From Rhodobacter capsulatus SB 1003 (lineage in GTDB: Bacteria > Pseudomonadota > Alphaproteobacteria > Rhodobacterales > Rhodobacteraceae), in assembly GCF_000021865.1 (NCBI RefSeq), contig NC_014034.1:2040001-2072000 (forward strand): DNA of 32,000 nucleotides, given 5' to 3'. The notes under the pieces are model-generated. The model saw only the letters and a program-made list of their open reading frames with translations. It had not been told where the DNA came from and did not search any database. This document shows positions 8,762 to 14,600 of this stretch, piece by piece. The stretch's first letter is position 1, and each line of letters opens with the position of its first letter. The position numbers were made by a program, and so were the translations under genes.

Positions 8762-8773
8762 AAAAGGTGCCCC

Positions 8774-8983
8774 ATGACCAGCCTGTCCCACCCCGTCTCG
8801 TCGCTGTCGCGTCGTTCCGCGACGTCGCCGCTTGCGGTCGTGCTGGGCGCGGTTGCCCGTTGGCGCGATGACCGCCGCGCCCGACTGGCGCTGGCCCGCC
8901 TCGACGATCATCTTTTGCGTGACATCGGCCTTGCGCCCAGCGGCGCGGTGCAACCGCTGCCGTCGCGCTATTCGGCCTTCTGA
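8774..8983 (+). CDS. DUF1127-type small protein
   Basis: 69 aa with RLALARLDDHLLRDIGLAP. The ATG is preceded by GAAAAGG. Confidence 0.8.
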   Translation: MTSLSHPVSSLSRRSATSPLAVVLGAVARWRDDRRARLALARLDDHLLRDIGLAPSGAVQPLPSRYSAF

Positions 8984-9020
8984 TCCCGAGCGCCGCAGTC
9001 CCCTGTCGGCCTCTTCCTGT

Positions 9021-9049
9021 GGCCGGGTGCATCGCATCCGGCCTTTTTT
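9021..9049 (+). terminator. Rho-independent terminator of the DUF1127 gene
   Basis: GGCCGGGTGC ATC GCATCCGGCC forms a 10-bp stem with one G-T pair and is followed by TTTTTT. Confidence 0.75.
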
Positions 9050-9055
9050 CCCGTT

Positions 9056-9913
9056 TCAGGCGGCGCTCCGGCCCATCAGCACCCGCACCTCATGCGCCTT
9101 GAGCGCGCGGCGGGCCGCGGTCCAGCCTCCGCGTCGGGCGATCCTGTCCAGATCGGGGAAAATCGCAGCCAGTTCCGCACGTTGCGGTGCGTCCAGCTGG
9201 GCCAGGGTCTGGTCGCCGGGCTGAAAGCTTTCGGTCCAGGCGCCGTTGGCCCGGATGATCTCATGCGCGTCAAGCATCAGATGCAGATAGGTGACCTCGT
9301 CGCGCTTCAGCCGGGTGATGCCGGGCTGACCAAGCATGTGCAGCGCCGCCGCCAGAACCTCGGCCTCGCCGAACAGCAGTTCCGCCCGCGCCCCCGAAAT
9401 CAGCATCCGGTGCTGCGGGCTGACCAGCATGTCGGTCTCGGGCAGACCCTCGCCCAGGGCCCCCGCGGCGATCCGCACCGGCTGCAGCTGCGGCACCGCC
9501 GCCAGATCCGCCGCCTTCAGCCGTCGCCGTCCGATCCAGCGGATCGGCTGATAGCCATTGTCGCGCGTCAGCACCCGGTCGCCCGGCCGCAGCTTTTCCA
9601 CCGGCACCTGACCGCGCTTGGTCTCGATCAGCGTGCCGGGGGTGAGACAGGGCATATTGCGCAGCAATTCGACGTTTTCGATGTTGGAAAAGCGCCTCGT
9701 CGCGCCGCTCAGCCAGAGGATCGTGCCGGATTCGCCGGTGATCACCATCCGCGACCAGTCGATGTCCTGGCGAAACAGGCAAAGCCGGTCCACATCGCTG
9801 GTATAGGCATCCTCCGCGCCGCCCGAAAGCGAATCATCGCCCGCCCCCGCAAGCATCGTATCGGCCGCCGCCGTTGTCAGCCTGTCGTTCTGCTCCGTGC
9901 CGGTGATCGCCAT
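9056..9913 (-). CDS. Short Hint-domain protein A (one RTX-like repeat, degenerate junction, Hint module)
   Basis: The track ORF was trimmed to the ATG at 9913 (MAITGTEQND...), which is preceded by GGCAGGAACAAG. The N-terminus carries LAGAGDDSLSGG. The Hint module starts at the Cys codon 9647..9649 (NMP-CLTPGTLIETKRG...) and aligns without gaps to the C-terminus of the giant protein. Confidence 0.85.
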   Translation of the reverse strand: MAITGTEQNDRLTTAAADTMLAGAGDDSLSGGAEDAYTSDVDRLCLFRQDIDWSRMVITGESGTILWLSGATRRFSNIENVELLRNMPCLTPGTLIETKRGQVPVEKLRPGDRVLTRDNGYQPIRWIGRRRLKAADLAAVPQLQPVRIAAGALGEGLPETDMLVSPQHRMLISGARAELLFGEAEVLAAALHMLGQPGITRLKRDEVTYLHLMLDAHEIIRANGAWTESFQPGDQTLAQLDAPQRAELAAIFPDLDRIARRGGWTAARRALKAHEVRVLMGRSAA

Positions 9914-10034
9914 CTTGTTCCTGCCTGTCCCGATCGGGCTTTGCAGAAACAATCGGTCGGCACAATGGCAGATTGGGGCCGCAAAAGCGGCAAAGCCGGT
10001 GCGCTCTCGTGGCGGGAAGATGGCCGGGGCCGCC

Positions 10035-10793
10035 TCAGGCCGCCGAGCCGACCTCGGCAAGGGGGCGCACTGCGACGGCTCCGGGATGGTCCGGGGCCGC
10101 CAGGCCCGGCAAGGCCCGGGTCACCGCGTCGCGGCTGTCGCTTTCCAGCGCCGCCAGACTGGCCTCGGTCGGCAGGAAGCTTTCCGACCAGGCGCCATCG
10201 GCCAGAACCAGCTCGTGATGCGCAAACAGCAGCTGCCAATAGTCAACCTGGGCGGCGGGATGCAGGGTGATGCCGTCAAGCCCGACCAGATCGCGCGCCA
10301 TCGTCAGACGTTCGCCGCTTTCGCCCCCGCCCGGCAGACAGGTCAGGAAACGGTGGTTCGGCGACACCAGCATGTCACGTTCGGGCAGGCCCTGCCCCAG
10401 CGCCCCGGCGGCGATTCGCACCGGGCGCAGCAGCGGGTTGAGCCCCAGCGCCTGCCAGCCGAAGCGGCGACGCCCGACCCAGAGCAATTCCTGCATGCCG
10501 TTGTCGCGGGTGATCACCCGGGCCCCCGGCACCAGCTCCGAGACCGGAACGCCCCCCTGCCCGGTGGCGATCAGGCTGGTGGCGGTGAAACAGGGCACCG
10601 CCGCGGCGATCTGCGCCAGATCAAGCGCGAAGATCTGCCCGCCCGCGGCATCGCGGCCCTCGGCGCGGCCGCCCAGACCGTCGTAGCCGTCAAACTGAAG
10701 GCGGATCTCGACCATGGAATAGTCGCCCCCCCAAGGCCCGGAAGGGTTGCCAAAAACCGCCGCCCCCGGCGTGAAGTTGCCCGTCGCCATCAT
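10035..10793 (-). CDS. Short Hint-domain protein B (unique 67-aa N-terminus plus Hint module)
   Basis: The track ORF was trimmed to the ATGATG at 10793/10790 (MMATGNFTPG...). The Hint module starts at the Cys codon 10590..10592 (AVP-CFTATSLIATGQGG...) and contains RDNGMQELLWVGRRR, PVRIAAGALGQGLPERDMLVSPNHR and HELVLADGAWSESF. Confidence 0.8.
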   Translation of the reverse strand: MMATGNFTPGAAVFGNPSGPWGGDYSMVEIRLQFDGYDGLGGRAEGRDAAGGQIFALDLAQIAAAVPCFTATSLIATGQGGVPVSELVPGARVITRDNGMQELLWVGRRRFGWQALGLNPLLRPVRIAAGALGQGLPERDMLVSPNHRFLTCLPGGGESGERLTMARDLVGLDGITLHPAAQVDYWQLLFAHHELVLADGAWSESFLPTEASLAALESDSRDAVTRALPGLAAPDHPGAVAVRPLAEVGSAA

Positions 10794-10978
10794 CCTGCGC
10801 GTCCTGATCCGGAGCCATCGGGGGACACCCCACGGCCCCCGCATGCCAGCATACTCCGAAACCCGCCCTTCCAATAGGTTAACGATCCAGAAATTGTCAC
10901 AATTTGTCAGAACTTTCCGTTTCCCGCCACGATACCGGCGCAATCCGCCCCGATCCCGCCAGATCAGCCCGCGCGCGC

Positions 10979-11010
10979 AACGGAAAGACGCCCGGGGTTT
11001 CCCCCGGGCG
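10979..11010 (-). terminator. Probable terminator of the giant RTX-Hint gene
   Basis: On the minus strand the hairpin CGCCCGGGG GAAA CCCCGGGCG is followed by TCTTTCCGTT, about 27 nt after the stop. It shares the 16-mer CCGGGGTTTCCCCCGG with the hairpin at 30716..30731. Confidence 0.5.
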
Positions 11011-11036
11011 CCTTGCCCCCACCGGCTTGTCTTGCC

Positions 11037-11621
11037 TCAGCGGTGCTTGAGCAGCGCCGCCTCGTGTTTCTTCAGGATCTTGCGCGCCGCACCATAGCCC
11101 TCAAGGCCGTCACGGCTGCGCAGCTCCGGGAACAGCTCCAGGATCTCGGCGCGTTGCGCATGACCCAGACCTTGCAGCGACTGATCCCCCGGCTGGAAGC
11201 TTTCGGTCCAGGCGCCGTTGCCCAGAACCACCTCGTGCCGGTCGAACATGAAGTGGATGTAGCTGGTGCCCAGCGTCTCCACCGGCTTCACGCCGCGGTT
11301 GTCGATCAGATGCTTGGCCGCCACCAGAACCTCGTGTTCCTCGAAGTAAAGCGCCGTGCGTTCGTTCGCCACCAGCATCCGGTGGTTGGGCGAAACCAGC
11401 ATGTCGCGTTCCGGCAGACCGTTGCCCAGGCTTCCGGCCCGGATCAGCACCGGCTTCAGATGCGGCGTCGCCATCAGCTGCGCCCGGGTCAGATCGGTGC
11501 GGCCGATCCAGCGGATTTCCTGAATGCCGTTGTCGCGGGTCAGGATCTTGTCGCCTTCGCGCAGCTCTTCGACCAGCCGCTCGCCCTTCGGCGTCGCGAT
11601 CAGCGTGCCGGGGGTGAAGCA
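11037..11621 (-). other. Hint module plus C-terminal tail of the giant protein (aa 1872-2065)
   Basis: The Cys codon is at 11619..11621. The blocks are CFTPGTLI, ILTRDNGIQEIRWIGR, PVLIRAGSLGNGLPERDMLVSPNHR, HEVVLGNGAWTESF and the tail QRAEILELFPEL...KILKKHEAALL. Confidence 0.8.
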
Positions 11622-14600
11622 GGGCGGGATCACCTTCTCGATGTTGCGGAAGGTCAGCGAGCCGGTGACATTGCCGTGATCGTCAAGGAAGGTGACGGTG
11701 CCGTTTTCCGGGTTCGTCGGATCGTAGTTGATCCGCAGCGGCCCCGCCGTCGTCAGATCGAGCGTGTCGAAATCGTCGCCACCCTCGTTGCCGTCGATGA
11801 AGTCGTGGTTGCCGCCGTCGCGATTGACCACGATGAAGACGTCGCGGTCATCGCCGCCCAAAAGCGTGTCGACGCCATCGCCGCCGATCAGCGTGTCATT
11901 GCCCACGCCGCCGTCCAGCAGATCCTGGCCCTGACCGCCCGAGAGGCTGTCATTGCCCGCATCGCCGTAAAGCCGGTCGTCGCCGTCGTCGCCGGTGATC
12001 GTGTCATCGCCCGCGCCGCCGCGGATCGTGTCCTGACCGGTCCCGCCCGAGGCCAGATCGTTGCCGTCCCCGCCCAGGATCGAATCGTCGCCCTCGCCGC
12101 CGATCAGCGTGTCATCGCCCGCCCCGCCGTCCAGCGTGTCCGAGGCCGAGCCGCCGTCCAGGCTGTCATTGCCCGCACCGCCCAGCAGCGTGTCATTGCC
12201 CTCGCCGCCCAGCAGCGTGTCATTGCCCGCGCCGCCATCAAGGCTGTCAGACGAATTGCCGCCGTCCAGACTGTCATCGCCCGCGCCGCCCAGCAGCGTG
12301 TCATTGCCTTCGCCGCCGGTGATCGTGTCCTCGTCGATGCCGCCGTCGATCCAGTCGTTGCCGTTGTCGCCGCTCAGCAGGTCGTCGTCGTCGCCGCCAT
12401 AGATGACATCGTTGCCCTCGCCGCCGCGCACCGTGTCACGGCCGTTTTGCGGCACCGGGTCGGTGTCGTCGGTGACCTCGGTCGGGCTTGTGGTGCCCGG
12501 GCCGTTGTCGGCGTAGATCGTGTCATTGCCGTCGCCGCCCGAGATGCTGTCCGAGCCCTCGCCGCCGATCACCAGATCGTCGCCGATCCCGGCCGCGACG
12601 GTGTCGGCATCGTCGCCCGCGTCGATCACGTCGTTGCCCTGCCCCGCGTCGATGCTGTCGGCATCGTCGCCGGTGCGGATCGTGTCGTTGCCGGTCCCGG
12701 CAATCACCTTGTCACGGTCGTCATTCGGATCGCTGTCGGCGCCGTAAAGCCCCGGATAGGCGATGTCGGGGCGGCCGGTGCCCGAGGTGTCGATCAGGTC
12801 GTCGCCGTCGCCGCCATCGACCAGATCGCGGCCTTCGCCGCCGGTCAGCGTGTCATTGCCAAGTTCGCCGTAAAGCGTGTCATTGCCGGTGCCGCCGCTG
12901 ACGCTGTCATTGCCGTCGCCGCCGTCGATGCTGTCATTGCCTTCGCCGCCATCGATCGTGTCAAGCCCGCTGCGCCCGTCCAGGATGTCGTTGCCCGCGC
13001 CGCCAAGGATGCTGTCGTCATCCAGCCCGCCGGTGATGCTGTCATTGCCCGCGCCACCGTCCAGCGTGTCATCGCCCCGTTCGCCGAGGATGGTGTCGTT
13101 GCCCTCCCCGCCCAGCACCGAGTCATCGCCCGAGCCCGCCTCGATCGAATCGTCGCCGGTGCCCGCGTTCACGGTGTCATTGCCGACGCCCGAGCGGATC
13201 GTGTCATTGCCCGCCCCGGCCACGACGCGGTCATCCTGCGGGCCGTCGCCCGGGATCAGCGCGTCATTGTGGTCGATCCTGTCGCCATCGGGATCGCCGG
13301 TGTAATCATAGTCGATCAGATCGGCGCCATCGGTGCCGGTCACGATGCCGTCGCGGTCGACGATGATGTTCTCGATATTGGTGAAGGTCAGCGTGCCGAC
13401 GACATTGCCGTCATCGTCAAGGAACTGCACCGTGCCGTTTTCGGCATTCGTCGGGTCATAGAGGATGTTGGTGCGGCCCGCCCCGGTCAGGTCGAGCGTG
13501 TCATAGTCGTCGCCGCCCTCGTTGCCGTCGATGACATCGCCCGCGCCCGCCGCCGCGCTGGCCACGACGAAGGTGTCGCGGTCGTCGCCGCCCGACATCT
13601 GGTCGGCCCCCGCGCCGCCGGTCAGGCTGTCATTGCCGGTGCCGCCGAAGATCGTGTCCTCGTCGATGCCGCCGTCGATCGTGTCATTGCCGGCATCGCC
13701 GTAAAGCAGGTCGTCGTCATCCTCGCCATAGATGACATCGTTGCCCTCGCCGCCATGGATCGTGTCCATGCCGTTGTTTTGCACCAGATCGGTGGCGTCG
13801 GGGATGTTGATGATGTCGGGCACGGTCGGGCCAAGGCCGCCGTAGATGATGTCATTGCCCGCGCCGCCATCGACCACATCCGAGCCCTCGCCCGAGGTGA
13901 TCGTGTCGTCGCCCTCGCCGCCCAGCACGGTGTCGGCATCGACGCCCGCGTCGATCCAGTCGTTGCCGCTGCCGCCCTCGATGCTGTCGGCGTCGTCGCC
14001 GGTCAGGATCGTGTCATGGCCCGCCCCGCCCAGAACGGTGTCGCGGTCGTCGTTCGGGTCGGTGTCCGCCGGGACAAGCCCCGGATAGCCCAGATCGGGC
14101 GAGGCCAGGTCATTGCGGGTATTGATGTAATCGTTGCCGTCGCCGCCCTCGGCCCGGTCGGAGCCAAGCCCGGTGGTGAGGCTGTCATCGCCCGCCCCGC
14201 CCTGGGCGGTGTCATTGCCCGCGCCGCCTTCCAGCGTGTCGTTGCCAAGCCCGCCGATCAGCAGATCGTCGCCCTTGCCGCCCACCGCCAGATCATTGTC
14301 GTCGCCGCCATCCAGCGTGTCATTGCCGTCGCCGCCGCGCAGGGTGTCGGCGCCGCCCTCGCCCGACAGGCTGTCATCGCCCGCGCCGCCATCGACGGAA
14401 TCATGGCCCGTGCCCGCGGTGACGGTGTCGTCGCCAAGCCCCGCCAGAACCGTGTCATCGCCCGCGCCCGCGCGGATGCGGTCATCGTTCGGCCCGTCGC
14501 CCGGCAGGATCGCGTCATTGCCATCGACCATGTCGCCCTGCGGATCGCCGGTATAGCCGGTGTCGATCAGATCGCCGCCCGCCGTGCCGTCGACATAGCC

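Noticed and set aside
10891-10912. Direct repeat (A)ATTGTCA / TTTGTCA with 10-bp spacing about 100 bp upstream of Hint gene B, and similar AATTTGTC or AATTTGCA strings at 17726, 7149 and 4258.
   Set aside because: The motif is short and AT-rich, the kind that recurs by chance in promoter-like islands of a high-GC genome. I cannot support it as a shared regulator site without genome-wide statistics.
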